The notes under the pieces are model-generated. The model was not told the DNA's origin and made no database searches. It worked only from the letters and a program-made list of their open reading frames with translations. A program made the position numbers and the translations under genes. Source: an uncultured virus (IMG/VR IMGVR_UViG_3300017989_000061) (taxonomy: Duplodnaviria; Heunggongvirae; Uroviricota; Caudoviricetes). Taken from it: 64,000 bases of DNA. Shown piece by piece: positions 28,511-39,005 of this stretch. Location: the IMG/VR virus record IMGVR_UViG_3300017989_000061; one strand, 5' to 3'. Positions within the stretch are counted from its first letter, which is position 1, and each line of letters opens with the position of its first letter.

Positions 28511-29413
28511 TTAGAGTTTGATGATGGGCAAATTTTGAATTACTTCTGATTGCTGAAATTGTTTCATGAAACTATTTGGGTTAAGGTGACTTTTGTCCAT
28601 GTTTTGAAGGTATTCATGGGCAGAAATTAAAATTGAATTATCTCTCAATTTATCTCTGGCATCATTGAGTGATTCAAAAAACAGAGGATATTCTTTGCCT
28701 AGATATTCTACTGTGGCTGGCAGAATGTTTGTCATAACAGGGGTGTTTCTTGCAATACATTCTAAAATTGTATTGCATGCAGCAGCGTCATATAAATCGA
28801 GAAACACAATGGAGCTTGTGAGCAGATTGTCATAATCTTCATTTGTCAAATAATCAACACATTTCGAATTTGATTGTGTGTAATCTTGGTCGAATCCTTT
28901 AGTTTTCAGTAATATTTTTTCATAACATGAGTCTAGTTCATCGAGGCTTTGATATCTTCTCATCCATTGGCCTATCATTGTGACTTTTGGGTTCTTTTTG
29001 AACAGGCTCCATTGAAATTTGTTTTTCTCAATTTCAACAGGGTGCCAAAGAAAAGAAACTGGCACATCTACATTTCTTTTAAGAAAATTTGCATTGTTTT
29101 TACACAACGTAAAAAGTCCATAACAAGCTTTGAGACTATTGCGAAAGAATTCTTCTTGAACCAGTTTTGACAGTGGGTGAATAGCTATTTCTTTTTGATA
29201 TTTGTGGGGTAATTCATGTTCTGGATAAGTGAGCACATTATGCAGGAATCCAATCCAGTTTTCTTTGATTTCTTTTCCTTCTCGAAATTTCCAATCAGCC
29301 CAATCGTATAATTCAACATTAGAAGTCGAGCTGCTAATGGAATGCAGTTTTTCAGATGCTACTACCCATCCTTTTCTGTGATGTTCAAAATCAATGATGT
29401 TGTGCTTAAACAT
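28511..29413 (-). CDS. Glycosyltransferase-like protein (GT-B-like C-terminus)
   Basis: FLDLYDAAACNTILECIARNTP, EYLG..YPL. Confidence 0.55.
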   Translation of the reverse strand: MFKHNIIDFEHHRKGWVVASEKLHSISSSTSNVELYDWADWKFREGKEIKENWIGFLHNVLTYPEHELPHKYQKEIAIHPLSKLVQEEFFRNSLKACYGLFTLCKNNANFLKRNVDVPVSFLWHPVEIEKNKFQWSLFKKNPKVTMIGQWMRRYQSLDELDSCYEKILLKTKGFDQDYTQSNSKCVDYLTNEDYDNLLTSSIVFLDLYDAAACNTILECIARNTPVMTNILPATVEYLGKEYPLFFESLNDARDKLRDNSILISAHEYLQNMDKSHLNPNSFMKQFQQSEVIQNLPIIKL

Positions 29414-30384
29414 TAAATCATACTAACTTTTTGAATTAGGGTTTTGTCAGGGAAGATAATTTTCTTAATCCCATCTTCTCCTGTGTTGTTTGTTTCTTTG
29501 TATTGCATTAAAACTTTGTTTATGCTGTTCTGGGGTAGATGTTTTTTCACGATTGACCAAGGTATGATTTTGTCGCTCATTTCTTCTTTGTCAAATAACA
29601 TTGAACTCATGAACGAAAATGCTGGAAGTCCCCTGCGGCATTTTTCAAATGGTTTATTTATGTAAGTGACATTCCCTTTGCGTTTTATGTGATTTGCAAC
29701 TTCCAGCATACCCCAACAATGATTGTAACTGGCCTTCATTGAAGTTTCTTTGATTCTGTTTGGCCAATTTGTTGCTATTTCTAATCCAATCAAATCAGAA
29801 CCGTCCAGTTTATCATCTTTTTCTAACTTCTTCTTTCTGTGAATCCATTCAATTCGAGAAGACTTTAATTTGTCTGTGGAAACTAATTGGTTTATAGATC
29901 CTGACTGAAAAGTTAATCCTAGTTCACATATAGCGTTTCGATTATAGAATCCACAAAAATCATGTGTTCTTGTGATTTTCTTGTTTCCAATTTTGAATTT
30001 ATGTTCTTTGAACTGGAAGTCGCCTTTGTAGTTTGAGTAAGGTAGAGTGATTGCTATGAGTTCGTTATCTAAGTTTATTTCCCAGTTATCCAGCCAAAAC
30101 ATATCAGCATGTTGTACGCAAACCCAATCGTGTTTGATCTCTTTCATGGCCCAGTCAATCAATTTAAGATGAATGCCATGTTCTTTCCCTTTCAGTGGAG
30201 ATAAAAGGTGATTGTTTTTAATGACTCGATCTAAACGGCGGTTGTAATCACTTGATGTAACAAAGAAAATCTCCACTTCATTTTTGCTCTTTTCTTTTAT
30301 GTTTTTCATTACTGCTTGAGCTAAAAATGGATAATCTCCAATTGGTATTATGATTGCCATTTTAGTGGAGTGGATAGATTTCAT
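29413..30384 (-). CDS. Putative GT2-like glycosyltransferase
   Basis: AIIIP, QHADMF. Confidence 0.55.
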   Translation of the reverse strand: MKSIHSTKMAIIIPIGDYPFLAQAVMKNIKEKSKNEVEIFFVTSSDYNRRLDRVIKNNHLLSPLKGKEHGIHLKLIDWAMKEIKHDWVCVQHADMFWLDNWEINLDNELIAITLPYSNYKGDFQFKEHKFKIGNKKITRTHDFCGFYNRNAICELGLTFQSGSINQLVSTDKLKSSRIEWIHRKKKLEKDDKLDGSDLIGLEIATNWPNRIKETSMKASYNHCWGMLEVANHIKRKGNVTYINKPFEKCRRGLPAFSFMSSMLFDKEEMSDKIIPWSIVKKHLPQNSINKVLMQYKETNNTGEDGIKKIIFPDKTLIQKVSMI

Positions 30385-30428
30385 CGTCTTGATTTTTGTA
30401 CTTGATTAAAGTGAATTTTGATTTGATT

Positions 30429-31247
30429 TTATGCATTAAGTATTTTAGGTAATTTATCACCATACACCTCTTGGATTTTTCTTAAGTAAGATTCGGCATG
30501 CAAACTATGTGATTTTATTCCGGGATGTCCTCCATCTCTTCCTGTATCAACTTTATTCAATGGCTTAACAAAGAGTTTGTTGTCAGTGTATTGCTTCAAA
30601 GTTTGCTCGTCTTCTTTTTGAACAGAAAACAACCAAGGAGTTGATTGAATTGTTTTTTCGATCAACTTGAAATTTTTGAAGAACCTGTAAATTGATTGGT
30701 ACTCACTGGCTAAACCATCAATCAATTCTTTATTTTGTTTTTCTATCAAGTCTGTTGTTTTAGCTAATGGTCTATAGTCATAAAGTCTTCCATTGCAGTC
30801 AAAATATTCCATTCTCCCAATGTGTGGGAAATTAACTAAAACTAAATCTGGCTTTAGTTGATCAAAACAAAGTGCAATAATGCGTGAGCAATAATCACCT
30901 GAAGTTCCCGGCCAAGCTAAATTCCAATCAGCAATATCTTTTCCTAGTTCGTTGCATATCAATGTACTGAATCTGTCATAAACAGGTACAGCGTTACCAA
31001 AGGTCATGCTGCAACCCAAAGTCATGATATTGAATGCTTTTCTTGTAAATTCATTACATCGATATCCTTGACTGTTAAATTCATAGCTTATCCTTTCAGA
31101 ATAATCGACTGGGAAATTTCTTTCTTCTATGTCAGTGCTGAACCATTTGTGGCTTTGGCTTTCAAACCCTGTTCTTGGAATTTCTTCAAAGCACTCTTCA
31201 AAAGAGACTCTTATTTTCTCCAGATTTTTCTTCTTTATGAAAAACAT
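30429..31247 (-). CDS. SGNH/GDSL hydrolase-like protein
   Basis: NSQGYR, LGCSMTFG, NLAWPG, RDGGHPG. Confidence 0.7.
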   Translation of the reverse strand: MFFIKKKNLEKIRVSFEECFEEIPRTGFESQSHKWFSTDIEERNFPVDYSERISYEFNSQGYRCNEFTRKAFNIMTLGCSMTFGNAVPVYDRFSTLICNELGKDIADWNLAWPGTSGDYCSRIIALCFDQLKPDLVLVNFPHIGRMEYFDCNGRLYDYRPLAKTTDLIEKQNKELIDGLASEYQSIYRFFKNFKLIEKTIQSTPWLFSVQKEDEQTLKQYTDNKLFVKPLNKVDTGRDGGHPGIKSHSLHAESYLRKIQEVYGDKLPKILNA

Positions 31248-31316
31248 TTATAGCTGCTCCTTGTTCTTTATTTACGTGGCGGCGGGAAAACCCCTACGGC
31301 AACGCTCAAATAATAC

Positions 31317-31734
31317 TCACCCCTGCTCTTCAATATATCGTTTAATGGTCTCAGTGCTAACATCCCCTGTAGAGCAGGCGAAATACCCATCAGACCAGAA
31401 TGTATGTTCTTTCCAAAAATGACCAGATAAGTAAGCTCGATGTAGTTCCCAAATGCGATTAGTGGACATGCTCTTCAACCGATTGACAATGCTACTCACC
31501 TTCACCGTAGGGGGATAATCAATCAGCAAGTGGATATGGTCTCCATCCTCAGACTGCATGGTCTCAATCGTGAAATCTGACTCGTTTGTCACATCAAACA
31601 ATATCTGCTTCATGTCCTCGTCCACCTGAACCACAGACAACAACCGCTTCCGATATTTGCATACTAAAATGATGTGAACCTTCAACAAAAACTTGGAATG
31701 TGAAGAACTTTTGTATTTTTTTCTTTTTTCCCAT
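31317..31734 (-). CDS. tnpA: Y1 (HUH) transposase, apparently frameshifted just after its ATG
   Basis: HIILVCKYR, DHIH, LKSMS, FWSDGYF, YIEEQ; ATG 31734 is one base out of frame across A-runs. Confidence 0.85.
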
Positions 31735-31769
31735 GAGAGAATGATCCTTGCCTTACTACATATACTGTA

Positions 31770-32996
31770 GTGAAAAAGAGCATAGAACACCAGATTGATT
31801 ATACCTACAAGTTCCGCTTGTATCCCACGAAACAACAGGAGCAGAAGTTAGCCCAACACTTCGGTTGCGTTCGCTGGACGTATAATCATTTCTTGGATCG
31901 CCGAGTAAAGTTCTACCTCAATGCCAAAGAAAAGCAACTCGATAAGAAACACCTGAATTACTACGATGATGCTCGTGAAATCACAGAACTTAAACAAGAG
32001 TTCCCATGGTTGAAGGATGTAAATTCCCAATCACTGCAACATTCCCTGAAAAACTTGGAAGCAGGGTTTAACCGTTTTTACAAAAAGTTGGCTAAGTTCC
32101 CAAGATTTAAGAACAAAAGAGCGAAGCAAAGCTTCCGAGTTCCACAACATATCAAAGTTAATGACAATAAGTTGTATATCGTTAAGTTCAGGGAAGGCAT
32201 TAAGGTGAAATTACATCGCCCGATTGAAGGTGATATTCGTCATGCCACCATCAGCAGAAACAAGGCAGGACAATACTTTGTCTGTCTGGGAGTTCAGCGT
32301 CATGTTAAGAAATTACCCAAGAACAAAAAGGCGGTAGGGGTTGATTTGGGAGTGAAGGACTTAGCCACCTGTAGTGACGGCAAGGTGTTTCCCAATATCA
32401 GACCTTACAGGAATAGAGAAAAGAAACGGCGAGTGTTAGCCAAAGCTTTGTCTCGAAAACAAAAGGGAAGCAACGGAAGAGAGAAAGCTCGCCGAGCATT
32501 AGCCAAATTTGACCTAAGAATTGCAAACATTCGTAATGACCATTTGCATAAGATTAGTCATCAACTCGTTAGCGAGAACCAAACTATCGTGATGGAAGAC
32601 TTGAATGTGAAGGGAATGTTGGCAAATCGCAGGTTGTCAAAGTCAGTGTGGGATTGTTCGTTGTATGAACTGGCTCGCCAGATTGCTTACAAAGCGAAGT
32701 GGTATGGTCGTGAGTTCATCCAAGTTAGCCGATGGTTTCCGAGTAGTAAGACTTGTGGAAGTTGCGGTCACGTGAATGATGCTCTCACATTGGCAGATAG
32801 AGAATGGGCTTGTCCGAGATGTGAGAAGGTGTTGGAGCGTGATTTCAATGCTTCGCAGAATATTTTGCGACAAGGACTTAATCAAGAAAATAGAACCGTA
32901 GGAACTACGGAGATAGCTGATCGTCATGGTGTAAGACCTGCATTGAGTGGGCAACTGTCTGGGTCAGAAGCCCCGCCGTCTTTAGCGGCGGGGTAG
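31770..32996 (+). CDS. tnpB: TnpB, canonical RuvC D/E/D with Zn finger
   Basis: YKFRLYPT, GVDLGV, VMEDL, CGSC/CPRC, RDFNAS. Confidence 0.95.
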   Translation: MKKSIEHQIDYTYKFRLYPTKQQEQKLAQHFGCVRWTYNHFLDRRVKFYLNAKEKQLDKKHLNYYDDAREITELKQEFPWLKDVNSQSLQHSLKNLEAGFNRFYKKLAKFPRFKNKRAKQSFRVPQHIKVNDNKLYIVKFREGIKVKLHRPIEGDIRHATISRNKAGQYFVCLGVQRHVKKLPKNKKAVGVDLGVKDLATCSDGKVFPNIRPYRNREKKRRVLAKALSRKQKGSNGREKARRALAKFDLRIANIRNDHLHKISHQLVSENQTIVMEDLNVKGMLANRRLSKSVWDCSLYELARQIAYKAKWYGREFIQVSRWFPSSKTCGSCGHVNDALTLADREWACPRCEKVLERDFNASQNILRQGLNQENRTVGTTEIADRHGVRPALSGQLSGSEAPPSLAAG

Positions 32997-33029
32997 TTCA
33001 CTGCCTTTCAATTACTATACTAGAACATT

Positions 33030-33818
33030 ATGAAACCAATACTCAGATGGACTGTAGGCCCCTGTTTGCAACAAGGGCTGGATATTCTGGAAGAATCAAT
33101 CAAACGAACTACTGAAGCTTTGGGGTTTGACAATTTTGATTGGGCTATTTGCTATAATGGGCTCACTTCAGATCAAATTGATTTTGTCAAAAAAGCCAAA
33201 GGGAATAAGCCGATTTTTCTAATAGCTCAGGATTGGGCAAATTGCCCTATTCCTGATAATGTTCAAACTCCACGTCGTCGAGATGGTTCATTTGAGATGA
33301 ATGGCACGAGGTGCGGTGGAACTTTATGGAAAGTATGTCCAGCCAGAATTCGCATGGAATCACATGAAATTGTGATGGATAATGATATTATCATTCGGAA
33401 AAAGTTTCCTCAGATAGATGAATTTCTGGTTGCGAAAGATAAAGCTTTGGTTCTCGAAGAGCCAGTCAGATTTTATGGTCGATATGACTGTTTGTTCCCT
33501 CCAGATTCAGCAAATTTGAACTCTGGATTCATGGGATTCCCTCCCGGATATGACTTTGCTAAAGCTATCCATAAAGAATGGACTAATCATGGAAAGTACA
33601 CTCAATTACGTCAAGATGACGAACAAGGTCTTTTGACGTATACGTTGAATCTTCAACCAAATATTAGAATTGGCAAAGATCAAATGCGAGAAATTCTACA
33701 CAGAGAAATTGGCAAAGACATAACTGGCGAAGAAGAAGCTTATCATTTCACGCAGGCAAATCGTGGAATTAATCACAGGGCTTGGTTGTATTACAAGGAA
33801 AAATTTATTGATGAATGA
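33030..33818 (+). CDS. Putative glycosyltransferase; paralog of 24966..25721
   Basis: RWTVGP, HEIVMDND, DEQGL. Confidence 0.65.
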   Translation: MKPILRWTVGPCLQQGLDILEESIKRTTEALGFDNFDWAICYNGLTSDQIDFVKKAKGNKPIFLIAQDWANCPIPDNVQTPRRRDGSFEMNGTRCGGTLWKVCPARIRMESHEIVMDNDIIIRKKFPQIDEFLVAKDKALVLEEPVRFYGRYDCLFPPDSANLNSGFMGFPPGYDFAKAIHKEWTNHGKYTQLRQDDEQGLLTYTLNLQPNIRIGKDQMREILHREIGKDITGEEEAYHFTQANRGINHRAWLYYKEKFIDE

Positions 33819-34779
33819 AGCAAATGTTAGAAAGTACCTTGAGGTCATTAAACGAGCTACTCAGCTCATTGAACGTGAATTGACAGAGCCATCATCGCCA
33901 GAGCAATTGATGAATGAAATCAATATGCCTCAAATAACACATGTTCAATCTCAGACCCAAGATTCCAGTGAGTCGCCAAAGATTAACAGCAAAGCATTGG
34001 CAGCAAGGCAAGAACATGTAAAATCTTTGATGGAGATAGATTGTTGGCCTGTTGCTGTTCCTGACCATCTTGTCAATAGTGCTACCAAAGAGGATCAAAT
34101 TAATCGTGCTAATATGGTTTGGGACATGTTCTCAGATCGACCAATTGAAAAAATGGACTTTTTGGATTTTGGTTGTGGTGAAGGCTGGATTACAAAACAA
34201 GCTTTAAGTAGAGGTGCGTCTACAGCGACAGGTTACGACATTGAAGAGAATCCTAATTGGGCAAATATAGAAGGTGTTAATTTTACAACTGACCTTTCTG
34301 AACTTAGCGAAAACACGTATGATGTTATCATGCTTTTTGATGTGCTGGATCATTGTGAAGATCCAGTTGGTGTAATGCAGAAAGTAAAAAGTTTATTGAA
34401 GCTTAGTGGAGGATCTGTTTATGTTAGATGTCATCCATGGACATCGAAACACGCAACTCATGCTTACAAACAGGGTCTCAATAAGGCTTTTATTCATCTT
34501 TTTCTAAATTGGGATGAAATTGATTTCTTCTTGGGAGAAGATCAAAAACCTATGTTTACCAGAAAAGAAATTAACCCCGTAGAAGCTTATCGTTGGTGGT
34601 TTCATGAGTTTAATATTGCCAAAGAAAGATTTGTCAAAGGCGAGCCATTGAGTGATTTTTTCTTAGTAGAATCATTTAAGAAGCTCGTAATAGATGAGCA
34701 AAAAATTCCTTCTGATAGAGTTGAAGGGTTTTTTAAAGATATGGAAATCGACTTTGTAGATTTTGTGCTGGAGACCTGA
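33811..34779 (+). CDS. SAM methyltransferase (paralog 2 of 3)
   Basis: WPVAVP, LDFGCGEG, FDVLDH, RCHPWTSKHATH. Confidence 0.85.
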   Translation: MNEANVRKYLEVIKRATQLIERELTEPSSPEQLMNEINMPQITHVQSQTQDSSESPKINSKALAARQEHVKSLMEIDCWPVAVPDHLVNSATKEDQINRANMVWDMFSDRPIEKMDFLDFGCGEGWITKQALSRGASTATGYDIEENPNWANIEGVNFTTDLSELSENTYDVIMLFDVLDHCEDPVGVMQKVKSLLKLSGGSVYVRCHPWTSKHATHAYKQGLNKAFIHLFLNWDEIDFFLGEDQKPMFTRKEINPVEAYRWWFHEFNIAKERFVKGEPLSDFFLVESFKKLVIDEQKIPSDRVEGFFKDMEIDFVDFVLET

Positions 34780-34828
34780 TCGAATCCGCCGGTTTGTTAA
34801 TTTGCTTCAAGATTGGATACATACTAAT

Positions 34829-35734
34829 ATGAAGAGCTTAATATTAACAGCCGCTATTGTTTTTACTATGACATCTCATCTCTTTTCAGGTGAGCCTGAT
34901 AAAAAACTTCATGAAGAATGTCTTTACCCAACTGTGATGGTGTGTGGACAGGAAGGTTATGAAAGCGGATACGGCTCTGGCGTCATTATCAAATCCGAAA
35001 AAGACAAAGATGGTAAATATCTCAATTATGTTGCAACATGTGATCATGTAGTTTTGATCAAAGCAGGAACTCCATTTGGGGTAATTACCACTTATCGTCC
35101 TTGTTTGGTGAAAGTAGGCAATTATGAAAATTGGTCTACTTTCAAAGGTTATACAGAATACAAAACAGATCTAGTTTACAAAGACAAAGAACACGATCTT
35201 GCTATTTTAGTTTTTGAAAGTGATAAGGAGATGCCAACGGCTGAAATTGACCAAGAAGTCAAATTGTATATTGGGAACGATGTTATGCGGGTTGGGTGTG
35301 GTCTTGGAGATGTTATGCGGTTGGATTTTGGTAAAATAACTTCTACCAATTTCAAATTTCATGACAAATCTTTTGAGGATCTTTATCGCACATCTGTTCC
35401 AACAATTTTTGGCGATTCAGGTGGCCCGTTGTTTCACAAAGTTGGTGATGATTACAAATTGGTTGGAATCACACAGGCGATTCGATCAACTTCATCAAGT
35501 GCAAAAGTTCCTTTATCTCATGGTTATTTGGATGTTCCATTAAGTCATCCATTGATGTGCATATCATCAATGATACCAATTACCAAATTGGGTGATTGGA
35601 AGAAACATTGTCAAAAAAAAAGTGGTTTGAAGCTAGGTCTATCTTTGGAAATCAAGAAAAAAGTCAAGAATCCCAAGGGATCAAAACCAGAGGAGCCAAA
35701 AAAGAAAGTTCCATTGCCGATAAAAATTCCATAA
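34829..35734 (+). CDS. Trypsin-like serine protease with signal peptide
   Basis: ATCDH, HDLAIL, GDSGGP. Confidence 0.85.
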   Translation: MKSLILTAAIVFTMTSHLFSGEPDKKLHEECLYPTVMVCGQEGYESGYGSGVIIKSEKDKDGKYLNYVATCDHVVLIKAGTPFGVITTYRPCLVKVGNYENWSTFKGYTEYKTDLVYKDKEHDLAILVFESDKEMPTAEIDQEVKLYIGNDVMRVGCGLGDVMRLDFGKITSTNFKFHDKSFEDLYRTSVPTIFGDSGGPLFHKVGDDYKLVGITQAIRSTSSSAKVPLSHGYLDVPLSHPLMCISSMIPITKLGDWKKHCQKKSGLKLGLSLEIKKKVKNPKGSKPEEPKKKVPLPIKIP

Positions 35735-35791
35735 TAACAATTTTCGCATTGGCAATGTGGGTTCTTTTTCAAGCAGTTTGGATGACAGTAA

Positions 35792-36604
35792 ATGACAAAT
35801 ATCACATTTTGCCTAATGACTTGTGGAGAAGAAACTGAAGAACAGTGTCTTCAGCACATTGAACCCTTTAGGCACAGGATAGTTTTTCAGGAAGTACGGA
35901 ATGTATTTCCTCAAATTAAAGCATTGAATCAAATGCTGTCTCAAGTTGAAACAGACTACTTAGTTCCTCTTGATGCAGATATGCTATTGGATCAAGGAGC
36001 TTATGTCCGTATTAGAAATGCCATTAATGAAAATTCCAGCGATCCCAATTGGCACTCAATTCTTTTTTCTCTTTATGACACACTTACTGAGAGAAAAATT
36101 CTTGCTCTTAAGGTTTTGAGGTCCAAGGTCATGAAAAAATATATGTTTTCTGAAAGTGCGACACCCGATGTAGAACATTTTCAGAGGTTGACAGACGCAG
36201 GCTACACTTGTATTGACAGATATTTAGAGCAAAAGCCAATTGGCAAACACGTGGTTCAAGGTGCTCATTTTTGCTATCACAAATATCGTGATATTTATCA
36301 AACGCTTAGATCTCATGGATTTGAGTGGGATAGCGGTGTTTTCATGGGTGGAGAGACCATTTTAGAAAAGTCTAAAAAGCATTATGACTTTTTTACATAC
36401 AAATATGCTATGACTTCTAACGAAGACTACTTGTACTGTATTGCTGGAATGACAGATGGCTTAAAATCAAGTGTTGAGAATAAATCTAAAACATTAGAGA
36501 AGAGAGAATTTGCTATTCCCAAAGAAGAAGCACTGGATGCTTATTTTTCATGGTACAAAATGCAAATTCAGCAATTTCAAAATCCTGCTGCCTATTTATT
36601 TTAG
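35792..36604 (+). CDS. Putative GT2-like glycosyltransferase
   Basis: ALNQ.L..V.T..LVPLDAD. Confidence 0.65.
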   Translation: MTNITFCLMTCGEETEEQCLQHIEPFRHRIVFQEVRNVFPQIKALNQMLSQVETDYLVPLDADMLLDQGAYVRIRNAINENSSDPNWHSILFSLYDTLTERKILALKVLRSKVMKKYMFSESATPDVEHFQRLTDAGYTCIDRYLEQKPIGKHVVQGAHFCYHKYRDIYQTLRSHGFEWDSGVFMGGETILEKSKKHYDFFTYKYAMTSNEDYLYCIAGMTDGLKSSVENKSKTLEKREFAIPKEEALDAYFSWYKMQIQQFQNPAAYLF

Positions 36605-37020
36605 GCCCCAGTGTGCAGCGGAAGCCTGTCAGTTGTTCTAAGCAGACTGTCTCTCACTGTATTTAAGCCTTTGGCAACTTTGTCTTTGCCCCATTGAGCC
36701 CAGTAATTGGCCTGCACGACACCAATCTTTTTGTCCAAAGTACCAAGTGAAACAACAATAGACCCATCTGGATTTTCAGTGAAAACACCATCGGTTTTCA
36801 AATCTTCTGTTCCCCATCCATTCTTTTGAAAGCCAGCTACTTTTCGAAGGTGTTTCGGAACAGTTAATGTGTAGTTTCTTTGATCAACTTGAACCAGCCC
36901 TTTTTCGATCAAGCTTCTTAGTTTTTGTGCCAAATCTATTGCAGATCTGTCTTGAGCTTGATGAATGTTGTTGAAGTTGCCAAATGACGATTCTTGTTGT
37001 ATAAACTCTTTGAAATTCAT
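36601..37020 (-). CDS. Hypothetical protein, possible virion internal protein
   Basis: N-terminus MNFKEFIQQE resembles the T4 capsid-targeting sequence. Confidence 0.65.
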   Translation of the reverse strand: MNFKEFIQQESSFGNFNNIHQAQDRSAIDLAQKLRSLIEKGLVQVDQRNYTLTVPKHLRKVAGFQKNGWGTEDLKTDGVFTENPDGSIVVSLGTLDKKIGVVQANYWAQWGKDKVAKGLNTVRDSLLRTTDRLPLHTGA

Positions 37021-37028
37021 GCTATACT

Positions 37029-37868
37029 ATGTATGAGATGATTAGCATTTTCATAATGTATTCTACAGATCGTCAAGCTCCTTTAGGGCACACCATTAGT
37101 TGCCTTCGAGATATGGATCTGTATGATCAATGTCAAAAAACCCTGATTGTGGATGGCAAAACGAATTGTGTCCCCAAGGAATTTGAAATCGTACAGGTTC
37201 CCAGAGTTGATGGGCAATTTTCTTGGGTTAACATGTGGGATGCAGGAGTCCATTCTGCCAGATTTGAAAAAATCGTCTATTTAGATTCAGATCGCATGCT
37301 TCCTGAGAACTTCTTAAAGCTAGTTAAAGATGTTCCAGATGACACATTTATGTTTACTTCAAAGCATTTTCACATGTTAGATGATTTGAGCATCGAAGAC
37401 TGTAAAGCTTTTTTGGTTGCCAATAAAGAACAAGGTGTTTTTATGGAAGACAGATTCTTGGGTCGATTTCAATATGAGCCAAGATTCAAAGAAGTTGTCC
37501 ATGGTCCCGGTAAAAATGTAATGTCAGGAAGCGTTGCTTTTACTAAAAAGACTTATAATAAGATCGGTGGTGTTGACCCATGGTATCGAGGGCATGGAGC
37601 TTTTGCTGACACTGATTTTCACTTTACTGCAAGTCAACATGGTTGTGAATTTATAGATCTTGATATTCCTGAAATTCATTATCATCATAAGAAGCTGGAG
37701 GGCGAAGAAGAAATAGATGAAATCACCTTAAGAAGAAGAGGTTTGGATAATTTCATTTATTATTGTAAGAAGTGGGGTTTACCAGTGGCCTTGGCAGAAG
37801 ATCTGGCTGTTCGTTGTGGGATTTTACGTCCTACAAAATATATCGAAGAGAAGATGGAGAAACTATAA
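37029..37868 (+). CDS. Glycosyltransferase GT2/GT7-like
   Basis: LDSDRMLP, IGGVD..Y.GHG.FAD.D. Confidence 0.8.
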   Translation: MYEMISIFIMYSTDRQAPLGHTISCLRDMDLYDQCQKTLIVDGKTNCVPKEFEIVQVPRVDGQFSWVNMWDAGVHSARFEKIVYLDSDRMLPENFLKLVKDVPDDTFMFTSKHFHMLDDLSIEDCKAFLVANKEQGVFMEDRFLGRFQYEPRFKEVVHGPGKNVMSGSVAFTKKTYNKIGGVDPWYRGHGAFADTDFHFTASQHGCEFIDLDIPEIHYHHKKLEGEEEIDEITLRRRGLDNFIYYCKKWGLPVALAEDLAVRCGILRPTKYIEEKMEKL

Positions 37869-38557
37869 CACTCGCCAAGGGATTTTGGAAAATAGCTTTT
37901 CTTTATCTTCAAAGAGGTCATCATTAGGAAAATCTATCTCCTTTCTTTCAACCAAGTGCCTGACCAATGATGGTAAAATAAAGGTTTTCCATCTACGCAC
38001 CATTCTTCTCCATTCAAGGTTCCATAGTGATTTGGTTCAGAGTCCATGAACTTTATGAAAACATTGTCATCTACCATTTGATAATAAGCTTGTATGGCGA
38101 CATCAAAACCTTCTGGTGTTGCTCTTACTCCTTTGTATCCGGGTGTATCACGCCAATCATAACTTTGAGCTATTATTGATTTCATGAACATACATGCGGG
38201 ACGAATAGGTTTTTCTGGGACACCCTTTCCGGCAATGATATCAAATTCTCCTATTGAATTTAGCAAGGTCCATTGCCAATCCCCAATAGCATGACAGTCT
38301 ATGTCCAAGAACAAAACAAAAGGATTGTAAAATTGTTCCTGTTCAATTTGCACACCAAGATTTAGACCCGCTCCGTGACCAATGTTTTTATTGTTGATGT
38401 GATGGTAAACATTAGGTTCATTGATTGACTTGGGGTTTATGCTGTTGTCAATTAGAACAATTTTATAAGGTTCATGTATGGGTTGTCTTTCGAGAGATTC
38501 CAACATAAGTCGGAACCAGTCATATGAGTTGTGATTTACAGTAACTATGCTAATCAT
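37863..38557 (-). CDS. Glycosyltransferase GT2, probably with a 1-nt frameshift near the 3' end
   Basis: ISIVTVN, IDNS, GHGAGLN, LDID; frame stops at 37934, an alternative frame continues to 37863. Confidence 0.75.
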
Positions 38558-39005
38558 GATGTTAGATGACAAAATAGTAGTATTTGGGATGTCGTGCTCG
38601 GGCAAAACAACTTTTGCTCAACAACTTGATAGTCATGATTATTATTGTTTTGACGCCTTGTTTAAGTGGCACTTGATAGAAACTTTGGGCTTGTCAATTG
38701 CAGCCAATTATAAACACATCAGAGAAGTTTGTAAATCTGAGAAATATGTTTTAGATGGTTGGCATTTGTCAGACAAAAAGGGACTTGAATTACCAGAAGA
38801 AGCTTCGGTTTATGTTGTATACTCTGAATATGCAAAGATTATAGATCAATACCGAATTCCAGTGTGTGATCCTGATGAGCATTTATCAATGTACATTCAA
38901 TGGTATCAAGATATTGATTATCAAGCTCTGAATGCCAAGTACATTAGGAACGAAGGAGAGTTTCGAGAAACATCTTATGATGAGTTTTTGGAATTAATTT
39001 ACTAA
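38556..39005 (+). CDS. P-loop nucleotide kinase-like protein
   Basis: VFGMSCSGKTT, YVLDG; start uncertain (38547/38556). Confidence 0.7.
   Translation: MMLDDKIVVFGMSCSGKTTFAQQLDSHDYYCFDALFKWHLIETLGLSIAANYKHIREVCKSEKYVLDGWHLSDKKGLELPEEASVYVVYSEYAKIIDQYRIPVCDPDEHLSMYIQWYQDIDYQALNAKYIRNEGEFRETSYDEFLELIY

Larger units (their letters stand above)
31272..33001 (+). mobile_element. IS200/IS605-family element with divergent tnpA and tnpB
   Basis: Right-end hairpin CCCCGCCG-TCTTTAG-CGGCGGGG followed by TAGTTCAC; left end approximate. Confidence 0.85.

Noticed and set aside
35278..35325. Short direct repeat GATGTTATGCGG(G)TTGG in the protease gene
   Set aside because: Two copies within coding sequence (DVMR twice); no evidence of a separate function.
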